Below are positions 40,047-49,677 of a stretch of DNA of 64,000 nucleotides, piece by piece; positions within the stretch are counted from its first letter, which is position 1, and every line of letters starts with the position of its first letter. Source of the stretch: Candidatus Devosia phytovorans (lineage in GTDB: Bacteria > Pseudomonadota > Alphaproteobacteria > Rhizobiales > Devosiaceae). The DNA lies in contig CP119312.1 in the NCBI GenBank assembly GCA_029202405.1, positions 4,070,569 through 4,134,568 on the forward strand, read 5' to 3'. The notes under the pieces were generated by a model. The model saw only the letters and a program-made list of their open reading frames with translations. It did not search any database and was not told the origin of the DNA. The translations under genes were made by a program, and so were the position numbers.

Positions 40047-40185
40047 AACCTGAACAGAAATCTAGGCAAGCCTGCGACGGCAGGCAATGGGCGGGAATGG
40101 TTATGTGCCCTGCAGCGTGGATACCACCTTCAAATGGGTGGGACGGGCTTTGGCCCCGGCGCGTGGAAGGGTAAGACTTCCGGCC

Positions 40186-41157
40186 ATGAAAAAACGAATC
40201 ATCATCCTGGGCTGTGTCGTCATCGCCGTGGTCGGCATTTGGAGCGCCGCCTGGTTCGTGCTGGCGGGCATGGTGAAGCAGAATATCGAAGCCATGGCAC
40301 AGGCCGATGGCGTGTTGAAGCCCAATGTCACCTGCGAAACGCTCAATATCGGGGGCTTCCCCTTCCGTTTCGATGCCGATTGCGTCAATGCGCGGATTGT
40401 CAGTGGTGATGTGGTGGTGGATGTGCCGGGCATTCGCGCCAGCATACGCGTCTATGCACCGACCCATCTTCTCGCCTGGGCGCAGGGACCGGTTCAGCTC
40501 AGCGATAATTTCACCGGCACGCGCAATGCGGTGGCCTGGTCCAGCCTTGAGGCCAGTGTCCGGCTCGACAATTGGCGGATTGCCCGCGCCTCGATCTCGG
40601 GCAAGGACTTGGTCTGGAGCGATACGCTGTTCGGCAATTCGGTGATTGCGCAGAGCCCGCTGACCGAACTGCATCTGTTCGACATTCCCGAGCAACATGA
40701 TGCAGAGCGCAAAACGGCGGCGCTAGCCGTTTATGCCAAGGCCGACACACTCGCCTGGCCGGGACTGACGCTGACCGATACCAATGCCGAAGTGCAGCTC
40801 GAGATGAGCGGACTGCCCGACGATGTGCGGACCTGGGGTGACCCGCTGCTGCTGCCTGCGATCCAGCAAGCCGGTGGCAAACTCAATGTTGTGTCGGTAC
40901 GAGCGACGGACGCGGCTTCCACGCTGGAAGCCAATGGTGTGCTGGGTGTTGACGACCAGGCGCTGCTTGATGGCCAGATCGGTATAGCCTCGACCGGCGT
41001 GGCCGAACGCATCGGTCCGATGATCGAAGAGCCTTGGCGCACACTGGTGCTGGGCACGCCGGGGCAGGATGGGGCCTATACCAATCAGCTGACCTTCAAG
41101 GCCGGCGCGATCTTTTCCGGTCTTGTTCCGATCGCCAGCATACCGCCACTATACTAG
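40186..41157 (+). CDS. DUF2125-like membrane-anchored protein
   Basis: N-terminal TM; GGFPFRF motif; between chaC and tyrA. Confidence 0.75.
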   Translation: MKKRIIILGCVVIAVVGIWSAAWFVLAGMVKQNIEAMAQADGVLKPNVTCETLNIGGFPFRFDADCVNARIVSGDVVVDVPGIRASIRVYAPTHLLAWAQGPVQLSDNFTGTRNAVAWSSLEASVRLDNWRIARASISGKDLVWSDTLFGNSVIAQSPLTELHLFDIPEQHDAERKTAALAVYAKADTLAWPGLTLTDTNAEVQLEMSGLPDDVRTWGDPLLLPAIQQAGGKLNVVSVRATDAASTLEANGVLGVDDQALLDGQIGIASTGVAERIGPMIEEPWRTLVLGTPGQDGAYTNQLTFKAGAIFSGLVPIASIPPLY

Positions 41158-42125
41158 GCGTCTTCCCCGCCATCATGCTCACGGACAAATTTTGTCTCGG
41201 GAGCAGGCGGGGATTCGTGGGGGCGGCCGAAATCTGGGGCAGCAGTTTCCTGGCCGGCCGAGATGATCGAGCGGCGTATGGCGCGGGTACGGGTGAACAT
41301 GGCTTCGAGCGCTGGCCCGTCGCCCATGCGCACCGAGCGCTGCAGCGCCGACAGATCTTCCGAAAAGCGGCCGAGCATTTCCAGCACGGCTTCGCGATTG
41401 GTCAGGAAAATGTCGCGCCACATGACAGGGTCCGAGGCTGCAATACGCGTAAAATCTCGGAAGCCCGAGGCGGAGAACTTGATGACCTCAGACTGCGTCG
41501 CAGTTTCGAGGTCTGCGACGGTGCCCACGATATTGTAAGCCACGAGATGGGGGATATGGCTGGTAATGGCCAGAACCATGTCGTGGTGCGCTGCATCCAT
41601 GCTTTCGACCTGGCTGCCCAGGGCGCGCCAGAAGGCAGCGAGCTTTTCGGTCTGGGCGGGCGGTACTTCGGGGCCCGGGGTCAGTACGCACCAGCGGCCG
41701 GTAAAAAGCTCGGGGAAGCCAGCAGAGGGGCCGGATTTTTCGGTGCCGGCGATCGGGTGGCCAGGGATAAAATGCACGCTATCGGGAACATGGGGGCCTA
41801 CGGCTTTGACCACATGTTCCTTGACCGAACCGACGTCGGTGAGGATGGCGTCGGGTTCAAGCGCCGGGGCGATAGCCTTTGCAAGGTCGGCATAGACGCC
41901 AACGGGCGCGCAGAGAATGACAAGATCGGCGCCGCGGACGGCTTCGGCGGCATCGAGCGTATAGATATCGCCCAGGTTCAGCTCACGCGCTTCGTCGAGC
42001 GTCTCCTGCTTGCGGGTGGCGATGGAAATGACCTCCACCAGACCCTGCCGGCGCGCAGCCAAGGCAATGGAGGAGCCGATCAGGCCGATGCCGATGAGGG
42101 CGAGCTTGCGGAAATGAACTGTCAT
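41154..42125 (-). CDS. tyrA: prephenate/arogenate (cyclohexadienyl) dehydrogenase
   Basis: GIGLIGSS, TDVGSVK, GHPIAGTEKSG, HD..LAITSHIPH, FRDFTRIA. Confidence 0.92.
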   Translation of the reverse strand: MTVHFRKLALIGIGLIGSSIALAARRQGLVEVISIATRKQETLDEARELNLGDIYTLDAAEAVRGADLVILCAPVGVYADLAKAIAPALEPDAILTDVGSVKEHVVKAVGPHVPDSVHFIPGHPIAGTEKSGPSAGFPELFTGRWCVLTPGPEVPPAQTEKLAAFWRALGSQVESMDAAHHDMVLAITSHIPHLVAYNIVGTVADLETATQSEVIKFSASGFRDFTRIAASDPVMWRDIFLTNREAVLEMLGRFSEDLSALQRSVRMGDGPALEAMFTRTRAIRRSIISAGQETAAPDFGRPHESPPAPETKFVREHDGGEDA

Positions 42126-43222
42126 GCGACCTTGACCAGTGCCTTGAGGATGCCGACGACGCCGCGCATCGCCTGTTCCGAACCGATGGAAATGCGCAGG
42201 CCATCAGTGATGCCATAGGAGGCGCCGATTTCGCGCACGATAAGCCCGCGCTCGCGCAGGGTTTCGAAGGCCAGCGCGGCGTGGTCGGCATCGGGAAACA
42301 GCACCATGACGAAATTGGCCTGGCTCGGGATGACGCGGAAATGGTTGGAGTCGTTGAGCTCTTCGGTCAGCCAGTCGCGCCATTGCGCATTATGCGCCCT
42401 GAGTTTGTCGTTGAATTCGCTGTCGCGCGCGGCTGCAGCGCCAGCCAGTTGGGCAGGCAGGTTGACGTTGAACGGGCCACGGATGCGGTTGATGGCGTCT
42501 ACGACGTGGGCAGGCCCCATCATCCAGCCGATTCGTGCTGCTGCCAGACCCATCTTGGAGAAGGTACGGACCATGACGACATTGTCCGCCTCGCGCACGA
42601 GGTCGGCGCCGATGGTGTAATCGGCTGCCGTGACATATTCGGCATAGGCATTGTCGACGACGAGCAGGATGTCCTTGCGCAGCCCGGCATGCAGGCGCCG
42701 CACTTCTGCGTCCGGCAGGTAGGTGCCGGTGGGATTGTTGGGATTGGCCAGCCAGACGATCTTCGTGCGAGGTGTTACGGCAGCGAGAAGTGCGTCGACA
42801 TCGGCCGTATAGTCGTCTTCGTCGACCATGACGATTTCGGCGCCAGCGGCCTTGGTAATGATCGGATAGACCGAGAAGCCATAGCGGTTCATCACCGCTT
42901 CATCGCCGTGTCCGAGATAGCATTGGGCGATCAGATGCAGCAGGTCGTCCGAGCCATTGCCACAGACAAGGCTCTCGGCGTCAATGCCATGTACTTCGCT
43001 CAGTGCTTCGCGCAGCAGGGTCGAAGAGCCCTCGGGATAGACTTCCAGATGGTCGGCGACCGAGCGGAAGGCTGCCATGGCCTTGGGGCTGGCGCCCAAT
43101 GGGCTTTCATTCGCCGATAGCTTGACGGCATTGCTGCCCTTGGCGCCGGACTTGCCGGGCACATAGGGCGCAATATCGAGAATGCCGGGCTGTGGAACGG
43201 GGCGGATAAGGTCTTCGGACAT
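42122..43222 (-). CDS. hisC: histidinol-phosphate aminotransferase
   Basis: KLSANE, GNGSDD, NPNNPTG, DNAY, RTFSK PLP lysine. Confidence 0.93.
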   Translation of the reverse strand: MSEDLIRPVPQPGILDIAPYVPGKSGAKGSNAVKLSANESPLGASPKAMAAFRSVADHLEVYPEGSSTLLREALSEVHGIDAESLVCGNGSDDLLHLIAQCYLGHGDEAVMNRYGFSVYPIITKAAGAEIVMVDEDDYTADVDALLAAVTPRTKIVWLANPNNPTGTYLPDAEVRRLHAGLRKDILLVVDNAYAEYVTAADYTIGADLVREADNVVMVRTFSKMGLAAARIGWMMGPAHVVDAINRIRGPFNVNLPAQLAGAAAARDSEFNDKLRAHNAQWRDWLTEELNDSNHFRVIPSQANFVMVLFPDADHAALAFETLRERGLIVREIGASYGITDGLRISIGSEQAMRGVVGILKALVKVA

Positions 43223-43291
43223 GATGCCAATCTGGGCGGAAAAATCGCGCGGACCATAGTCAAACCAATGCTCATTGGCAAAGGAAAGCAT

Positions 43292-44023
43292 CTAGCCGTG
43301 GCGTGCGGTGGCGGTGCTCAGGGTGGGGACGCGAACGAAGCGTTCCTCGCGTTTGCGGCGGGGAACGGCGGGGAAGGCTTGCTTGCGGGCTCGAACGCAG
43401 ATGACGCCACTCATCGCGGGTCCGAACAGGCGCCCGGTGCGCTCGATGAGTCGGGTGGATTTGAGCACCAGCGAGCTTTGCACAGGCGGCAGGAAGAGGC
43501 CGTCGCGCCAAGCTTCGGGCACGAAGCTGTGGTCGCGCAGCAGTCGATCGAGCTGTCCGCCGGAATAGGGGTTGCCCTGACCGAACGGCGTGTTGTCGCG
43601 CTGCGCCCATATGCCTCGGCGACGCGGGACAACGATGATCAACTGTCCATTTGGGGCGGTGATGCGCCAGAGCTCGCGCATCAGCTCCTCGGCATCGGCA
43701 ACATGCTCGAGCGCATGGATGGCAATGGTCAGGTCGACGGCAGCGTCGGTCAGCGGCATTTCGAGTGGGTCGCAGAGCACGGTGTGGCTCGGGCCCTCGC
43801 GCGGCCATGCCGATGCCCCCTGACGGGCCGGCATGAAAGCCAGCACGCGCTCCGCCTTTTCGAGAGTGAAGCGCAGGTAGGGCGTGGCGAAGCCGAGGCC
43901 GAGCACGCGCTTGCCGACAATGTCATCGGCAAGACCGATCACCTGTTCGCGCACGAGGGCGCGCGATATGCGGCCCAGCGGTGAGCGGTAGTAGGCAATG
44001 AGGCGAGTCACGTCGGCTGTCAT
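43292..44023 (-). CDS. class I SAM-dependent methyltransferase-like protein (YafS-like)
   Basis: LGLGFATPY, HALE, PFGQGNPY; divergent from gloB as is typical. Confidence 0.8.
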   Translation of the reverse strand: MTADVTRLIAYYRSPLGRISRALVREQVIGLADDIVGKRVLGLGFATPYLRFTLEKAERVLAFMPARQGASAWPREGPSHTVLCDPLEMPLTDAAVDLTIAIHALEHVADAEELMRELWRITAPNGQLIIVVPRRRGIWAQRDNTPFGQGNPYSGGQLDRLLRDHSFVPEAWRDGLFLPPVQSSLVLKSTRLIERTGRLFGPAMSGVICVRARKQAFPAVPRRKREERFVRVPTLSTATARHG

Positions 44024-44129
44024 GGCTGCAACTGTGCCGCTTTCTCAATGACTTGTCCATTTGGCCGGTTGTCTTGTGCAACCGCACGCCCTAGCTTCCC
44101 GGTTCTATCGCTTTGCAAGGAGTTGTGCC

Positions 44130-44897
44130 GTGAGTCTGATCGTCGATGTGTTTCCCGCGCGAAGCGATAATTTCGGCTATCTCGTGCATGATACGGCAAC
44201 GGGCCGCACAGCGGCGATCGATGCGCCTGAAGCGGCCGCCATCAAGACTGCGCTGCTGCATCGCGGCTGGACGCTGAGCGACATCTTCATCACGCATCAT
44301 CATATCGACCATGTGGAAGCCATTCCCGAGCTCAAGGCCGAGTTCGGGGTGCGCGTGGTTGGCCCGCGGGCCGAGGCCGACAAGATCGAGGGGCTGGACG
44401 AACTAGTTGCCGGCGGCGAAACGGTGAGCCTGGGCGAGACCACTTTCGATATCTACGACGCGCCGGGTCATACGCTGGGTCAGATTGTTTTCCACGACAA
44501 GGCAGGCAAGCATCTCTTTACCGCCGATGCCCTGTTCTCGCTGGGTGTCGGGCGCATGTTCGAGGGCACGCCCGGTCCGATGTGGGAAGGCGTCAAGGCT
44601 TTGCGCGAATTGCCGGACGATACCTTGGTCTATTGCGGCCACGAGTATACCCAGAGCAATGCGAGGTTCGCGCTGTTGATCGACCCCGACAACGCGGCCC
44701 TGCAGAAGCGGGCGGCCGAGGTCGATGCGCTGCGCATTGCCGGCAAGGCAACAATCCCGTTCCTCCTCGGTGAGGACAAGGCGGCCAACCCGTTCCTGCG
44801 CGCCGACGCGCCAGAACTGGCCAAATTCTACGGGCTGGAAGGTGCTGCGCCTGGCGAGGTGTTTGCCGCCATCCGTAAGGGCAAGGACAACTTCTAG
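44130..44897 (+). CDS. gloB: hydroxyacylglutathione hydrolase (glyoxalase II)
   Basis: DNFGYL, THHHIDH, PGHT, YCGHEYT, NPFLR. Confidence 0.95.
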   Translation: MSLIVDVFPARSDNFGYLVHDTATGRTAAIDAPEAAAIKTALLHRGWTLSDIFITHHHIDHVEAIPELKAEFGVRVVGPRAEADKIEGLDELVAGGETVSLGETTFDIYDAPGHTLGQIVFHDKAGKHLFTADALFSLGVGRMFEGTPGPMWEGVKALRELPDDTLVYCGHEYTQSNARFALLIDPDNAALQKRAAEVDALRIAGKATIPFLLGEDKAANPFLRADAPELAKFYGLEGAAPGEVFAAIRKGKDNF

Positions 44898-44918
44898 TCT
44901 GAGCTTTTCGGCATTTTG

Positions 44919-44956
44919 AAAAGCGGTCCGGTGTAGCAGCGCCGGACCGCTTTTTG
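44919..44956 (+). terminator. intrinsic terminator after gloB
   Basis: AAAAGCGGTCCGG...CCGGACCGCTTTTT. Confidence 0.85.
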
Positions 44957-44978
44957 CTGTCGCATGGCTCGTCAGTGG

Positions 44979-45025
44979 TTAACCAAGCGTAAATAGGGAG
45001 CGGAAAGCGTTAACAAAACGTTAGC
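44979..45025 (+). promoter_or_regulatory. two tandem CtrA-like boxes
   Basis: TTAA-ccaagcg-TAAA (44979-44993) and TTAA-caaaacg-TTAG (45010-45024). Confidence 0.6.
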
Positions 45026-45120
45026 AATTGGCACGCGGATTGCCTCTAATGAGGCATAGGGCCATTGCTTATGTTTCATTTCGAGACAGGTCGGCCCGCC
45101 CTGATACAGGCGAGGCGAAA

Positions 45121-45372
45121 ATGGCCGATAGCGAGACACATTTCTCCGGACTTCCCGTTCCCCTGGAAGCGCGCCAGCCCAGACCATCTCTCCTTCGCAA
45201 TCAAACCCGGGCCGATTTTGTCAGCCAGCTGCTCGCCGGACGCGAAAAATTGCCGCCGCAACGCGAGCGTCGCCGCGGCAGCTCTGAAGGCGCCATTGGC
45301 GCCTATTCGGCAGGAGCGAAGGTTGCCATTAAGCGTATGCCCCTTGGTTATCGGACGACCATCGTCGCCTAG
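45121..45372 (+). CDS. small basic hypothetical protein (83 aa)
   Basis: ATG 45121 after GAGG; FVSQLLA...PPQRERRR...AIGAY; fills the gap between gloB and the convergent gene. Confidence 0.65.
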   Translation: MADSETHFSGLPVPLEARQPRPSLLRNQTRADFVSQLLAGREKLPPQRERRRGSSEGAIGAYSAGAKVAIKRMPLGYRTTIVA

Positions 45373-45818
45373 CCCATCGTCACGTCGCGACCGGCGCTGG
45401 TGATGGAGACGGTGAAACCGGCGACGACGTCGATCAATGCCATGACCATAAGCAGAAAGAAGACCGAGCTGGCGGCAGCGCCGGCCAGCAGGAATTCGAT
45501 CAGGAAGGCGACGAAGAGCACCATGGAGAGCATGTGCTCGACGATGGACGAGCGCCCGGCATTGGTCGACTTCAGCACTTCGATGAAGAGGCAGATGATG
45601 CCTATGACCAGCAGGAAATCGCCAGCGGTGACGGCCCAGGGCGTGCCCGAGACCATGGGGATGGTGAACAGTCCATTGCTCCAGCCGGCGGGCGAGCCAC
45701 CAAACACCAGAAACGCCACGATATTGTAGAGCACGAAGGGTACGACCAGCAGTGGCGGAATGAAGGGCCCATTGCGGCGCGGGGCGTGCGGGGTCGGCAT
45801 GTAGACGGTTTCGGTCAT
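45369..45818 (-). CDS. hypothetical 4-TM membrane protein
   Basis: Four hydrophobic segments; GGAG RBS; FIEVLKST. Confidence 0.75.
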   Translation of the reverse strand: MTETVYMPTPHAPRRNGPFIPPLLVVPFVLYNIVAFLVFGGSPAGWSNGLFTIPMVSGTPWAVTAGDFLLVIGIICLFIEVLKSTNAGRSSIVEHMLSMVLFVAFLIEFLLAGAAASSVFFLLMVMALIDVVAGFTVSITSAGRDVTMG

Positions 45819-45859
45819 TGGGGTGGCTCTCCGTTCGTTGGCAGCATGCCAGAGGAATG

Positions 45860-45905
45860 CAAAACGAGAAAGGCGGCCGCTGGATGCCAGCGACCGCCCT
45901 TTTTG
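45860..45905. terminator. terminator after fumC
   Basis: GGCGGCCGCTGG-ATG-CCAGCGACCGCC with T/A tracts on both sides. Confidence 0.75.
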
Positions 45906-45922
45906 TTGTCCGAATTCCCGAA

Positions 45923-47323
45923 TTATTTCTTGAGCTTGAGCGGGCCGACCATCTGTTCGGGCTTCACTTCGGCGTCGAATTCATCGCCGGTGAGCAGGCC
46001 CAGCTCGATTGCCGTCTCGCGCAGGGTGCTGCCATTCTTATGAGCGGTCTTGGCGATCTTGGCGGCGTTGTCATAGCCGATCTTGCGGTTGAGCGCGGTC
46101 ACCAGCATCAGCGACTGGTCGACCAGTTGCTTGATGCGCTTGTGGTCAGGCTCGATGCCGATTGCGCAATTGTCGTTGAACGACTTGGCGCTATCGGCCA
46201 GCAGCCGCACCGACTGCAGGAAGTTATAGGCGATGACCGGCTTGAAGACATTGAGCTCGAAATTGCCCTGGGATGCGGCAAAGCCGATGGCGGCGTCATT
46301 GCCCATGACCTGGGCGACGACCATGGTCATCGCCTCGGACTGTGTCGGGTTGACCTTGCCCGGCATGATGGACGAACCGGGTTCGTTTTCCGGAATGGTG
46401 ATCTCGCCCAGACCCGAGCGGGGACCGGAGGCGAGCCAGCGCACGTCATTGGCGATCTTCATGAAGGCAACGGCGAGCTGCTTGAGCGCGCCCGAAGTGC
46501 CGACAAAGGCGTCGTGGCCGGCGAGCAGGGCGAACTTGTTGGGGCCGGTGACGAAGTCATGGCCGGTAAGATCTGCGATCTCCCTGGCCACGGCGACAGC
46601 ATAGTCAGGGTGGGCATTGAGGCCCGTGCCGACGGCAGTGCCACCCAGCGCCAGTTCCTTGAGCTGGGGCAGGGTCGTCTTGATGGCGGCGACCGCATAG
46701 TCGATCTGGGCGACCCAGCCGGAGATTTCCTGGCCCAGGGTCAGAGGCGTCGCATCCTGGAGGTGTGTGCGACCGATCTTGACCACATCCATGAATTCCT
46801 CGGACTTGGCGTGCAGCGTATCGCGCAGGATCTGCACGCGCGGGAAGAGGTAATTCACCAGCGCTTCCACGGCGGCGATATGCATGGCCGTAGGATAGGT
46901 GTCGTTGGACGACTGGCTCATGTTGACGTGGTCATTGGGGTGCACGGGTTTTTTGGAGCCCATGGTGCCGCCAGCCAGCTCGATGCCGCGGTTGGAGATG
47001 ACCTCGTTGACGTTCATGTTGGACTGGGTGCCCGAACCGGTCTGCCAGACGACAAGCGGGAAATGGTCGGAGAGTTTGCCGGCGATCACTTCATCGGCGG
47101 CGGTGACGATCAGGTCGCGGGTTGCCTCGTCGAGCAGGCCCAGCTTGTGATTGGCCAGGGCTGCGGCTTTCTTGAGCACGCCGAAGGCGGTGACGATCTC
47201 GGTCGGCATCTTCTCGCCACCGATGTCGAAATTCATCAGGGAGCGTGCCGTCTGCGCGCCGTAATACTTGTCGGTCGGGACCTCGATGGTGCCCATGGTG
47301 TCCGATTCAACGCGCATGCTCAT
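45923..47323 (-). CDS. fumC: class II fumarate hydratase
   Basis: [32 protein letters not shown]. Confidence 0.97.
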   Translation of the reverse strand: MSMRVESDTMGTIEVPTDKYYGAQTARSLMNFDIGGEKMPTEIVTAFGVLKKAAALANHKLGLLDEATRDLIVTAADEVIAGKLSDHFPLVVWQTGSGTQSNMNVNEVISNRGIELAGGTMGSKKPVHPNDHVNMSQSSNDTYPTAMHIAAVEALVNYLFPRVQILRDTLHAKSEEFMDVVKIGRTHLQDATPLTLGQEISGWVAQIDYAVAAIKTTLPQLKELALGGTAVGTGLNAHPDYAVAVAREIADLTGHDFVTGPNKFALLAGHDAFVGTSGALKQLAVAFMKIANDVRWLASGPRSGLGEITIPENEPGSSIMPGKVNPTQSEAMTMVVAQVMGNDAAIGFAASQGNFELNVFKPVIAYNFLQSVRLLADSAKSFNDNCAIGIEPDHKRIKQLVDQSLMLVTALNRKIGYDNAAKIAKTAHKNGSTLRETAIELGLLTGDEFDAEVKPEQMVGPLKLKK

Positions 47324-47415
47324 ATAGTCACTCCCGGATTGGCCGCGACGCTGGCGGCAGACTTTCAACTGGCCCATCAGACCAGGGACGCAGGATCCCG
47401 TCGGTCTGATGGCAA

Positions 47416-47450
47416 AGCAAAACGGCCGATCTCAAAGGAGACCGGCCGTC
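47416..47450 (-). terminator. terminator after rpmF
   Basis: ACGGCCG-(A)TCTC-AAAG-GAGA-CCGGCCGT stem with a T-run on the minus strand. Confidence 0.65.
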
Positions 47451-47493
47451 GCAATATCACAGATCCAGCGCAGTTTGCGCCTCGTCTTTGGAA

Positions 47494-47673
47494 TTAGTTC
47501 TTGGCCGCGAGGACCTGGCGACCGCGGTACATGCCGGTCTTGAGGTCGACGTGGTGCGGGCGGCGCAGCTCGCCGGAATCCTTGTCCTCGACATAGGATG
47601 CGCTGGCAAGGGCGTCGGCCGAACGGCGGAAACCGCGCTTCATTGGCGAGGTTTTGCGTTTTGGAACTGCCAT
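47494..47673 (-). CDS. rpmF: 50S ribosomal protein L32 (59 aa, not in ORF track)
   Basis: [22 protein letters not shown]...[23 protein letters not shown]. Confidence 0.96.
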   Translation of the reverse strand: MAVPKRKTSPMKRGFRRSADALASASYVEDKDSGELRRPHHVDLKTGMYRGRQVLAAKN

Positions 47674-47836
47674 GGTCCGGTCCTTTTGAATTCAATATCG
47701 TTGCGCCGCCAGGGCGGCCCAGAGACTTATCTCTGAAGGGATTGGTGGGCTCTATAGAGCAAGTCTGAAGGCTTGGCTAGAGGTTATGAAGGAGTCGAGA
47801 CGGGGATTCTTTGTTCCCGGATCGACGGCGCCCGCC

Positions 47837-48181
47837 TCAGGCTGCCTGTGCGCCGGCAACCGGTTCGGCACCCTCGAGATCCCAGATCGTGCTCAGGCGT
47901 TCGGCGGCCATCGGGGCAGCTGGAACACGGAAGACACGATCGGCACAATCGAGCGCCAGGCGGAAGCGGGTGCGGCTCAGCGGATCGGCCACGAGTTCGT
48001 CGCTGGACCCCACCCAAAGCACATGGCTGCCCTTGGCCAGGAGGAAAAGCTCGGCGCCGGCGAAAGCAAAACGATCGAGGCTTTCACTGACGAGGCCATA
48101 GGTCTGACCCGAGCGGCCCAGCCAGGTGCTGTGCCGGCCAAAGCCGTGAACCACCACATTGTTCTCGATGATGCCAGCCAT
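47837..48181 (-). CDS. hypothetical protein (114 aa), candidate SOS-induced
   Basis: ATG 48181 after GAGG; WLGRSGQTY...LFLL...LWVG; LexA box upstream. Confidence 0.7.
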   Translation of the reverse strand: MAGIIENNVVVHGFGRHSTWLGRSGQTYGLVSESLDRFAFAGAELFLLAKGSHVLWVGSSDELVADPLSRTRFRLALDCADRVFRVPAAPMAAERLSTIWDLEGAEPVAGAQAA

Positions 48182-48213
48182 CCTCAGCGCCCCATCCCTG
48201 TTCCAACGAACAA

Positions 48214-48228
48214 GAACAAAATTAGAAC
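48214..48228 (-). promoter_or_regulatory. alphaproteobacterial LexA (SOS) box
   Basis: GAAC-aaaatta-GAAC (GTTC-taatttt-GTTC on minus), exact consensus, about 33 bp upstream of ATG 48181. Confidence 0.75.
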
Positions 48229-48310
48229 AAAATACGAAGCACGTCAAGCGGCGCGTATCGTCATCACTAGATGTATGTGAGTGTTCGTTGATGTCGTCAA
48301 TATGTTGTGG

Positions 48311-49123
48311 TTATGCCGTGTGTCCGGTGGTTTTGCGGCGCTCTTCGACGCGCGCCTGAAACTCGGGCGTCAGGGACCGGCCGAGGCCTTTGTCGACTGC
48401 GTCGAGAATCAGCGCATCGGACTGGGTTTCGATGGCGGATTTTAGGCGTTCCATAAAGGCCGCCGCCGTGAGGCCCGGCTCTATGGGCGGCAGAAAACGC
48501 CCCTGGGCGGTGCCCGGCCAGATCAACAGGCTGTTACGTCCCCAATAGAGCCCGGAGTTGAGCGCCACGGGCACCACCGGTACCTTGAGTTCGAGATAGA
48601 GACGCACGATGCCCTGGCGATAGTCGGCCGGTGCCAGCGGTGCCTTGCGGGTGCCCTCGGGGAAGATGACGATACGACAACCGCGGTCGGCAGCGTCGTG
48701 GGCCTGGGCCATCATCAGGGGAATGGCCTCGGCGCCCTTCTTGCGGTCGACCGCAATGCAATCGAGTGAGCGCGCGGCCCAGCCGAAGAAGGGAATATCC
48801 ATCAGCTCCTTCTTGACCACATAAGCGGGGCGATGGGTGTGGGGGAAGATGGCGAAGACATCCCAGTCGCTCTGGTGCTTGGCAGCGATGATGCAACCGC
48901 CAGCCGGGATATTTTCCTCGCCGGTCATCTGCGTTTTCACTCCCGCGATGAAGCGCAGCAGGATCACGTTGGACCAGCACCAATAGTGCGCCAAAGCCCA
49001 GCCGAGCTTCGAGCGGCCGCCGGCGATGCGACCGACGAGCGCGATCAGGATGGCGAGGATCGCGGTCTGGCCGATGAACAGCAAGTAGAAGACAGCCGTG
49101 CGGATCGATTGGATGACGGCCAT
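48311..49123 (-). CDS. plsC: 1-acyl-sn-glycerol-3-phosphate acyltransferase family
   Basis: KHQSDWD, FPEGTR, PVALNSG. Confidence 0.88.
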   Translation of the reverse strand: MAVIQSIRTAVFYLLFIGQTAILAILIALVGRIAGGRSKLGWALAHYWCWSNVILLRFIAGVKTQMTGEENIPAGGCIIAAKHQSDWDVFAIFPHTHRPAYVVKKELMDIPFFGWAARSLDCIAVDRKKGAEAIPLMMAQAHDAADRGCRIVIFPEGTRKAPLAPADYRQGIVRLYLELKVPVVPVALNSGLYWGRNSLLIWPGTAQGRFLPPIEPGLTAAAFMERLKSAIETQSDALILDAVDKGLGRSLTPEFQARVEERRKTTGHTA

Positions 49124-49152
49124 GGTTCCTCCTGCGCTGCAGTGGGCTGCAG

Positions 49153-49677
49153 CTATGCGTCGGCCTTGGCGAAGTGGTGCCGCAGGTCGGTCAGTTGTTG
49201 CGGGCTCAGCACCCTCTTGGGGAACACCCTATACAGCCGATCGGATTCAAAGAGCAGAAGGATCTTGTCGTTTTCCGTCCATCCCGGGAAATGGCTCCAG
49301 GGCATGTCGAAGCTGCCATATTCGGTTTTGACGGTGAGCTTGTCGTCAGTCCAGGCGTAGCCGAAATCGCCGTGCAGGGAGCGCTGTTGTCGGAAATTGC
49401 GCCGGGCCAGCGTGGGGATCAGCCAGAGGGTCCATGCCAAGATAATGGCAAAGGGCAGGATGGAGAGGCCGAGGATGAGACCCGGATTACTGGCAATCGC
49501 CGACGGATCGGTCTTGCCTGTCACCAGATAGGTGAAGAGGATCAGTCCAGCAAACCAAAGGCTGATATAGGCCACGATGACTTTGGGGCGGCTGAGGTTC
49601 TTGCCGGCGAAAAGTCGTGCGGCCTGGATCAGATCGGCTTCGGCGAAGCGAAATGTCTCGGTCTGCCCCGCTGCCAC
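49153..49677 (-). CDS. YcxB-like membrane protein
   Basis: 2 TMs plus C-terminal W......E......L....PKR pattern. Confidence 0.7.
   Translation of the reverse strand: MAAGQTETFRFAEADLIQAARLFAGKNLSRPKVIVAYISLWFAGLILFTYLVTGKTDPSAIASNPGLILGLSILPFAIILAWTLWLIPTLARRNFRQQRSLHGDFGYAWTDDKLTVKTEYGSFDMPWSHFPGWTENDKILLLFESDRLYRVFPKRVLSPQQLTDLRHHFAKADA

Noticed and set aside
47786-48280. 164-aa plus-strand ORF
   Set aside because: It is antisense to the ORF with an RBS and LexA box, and has no motif
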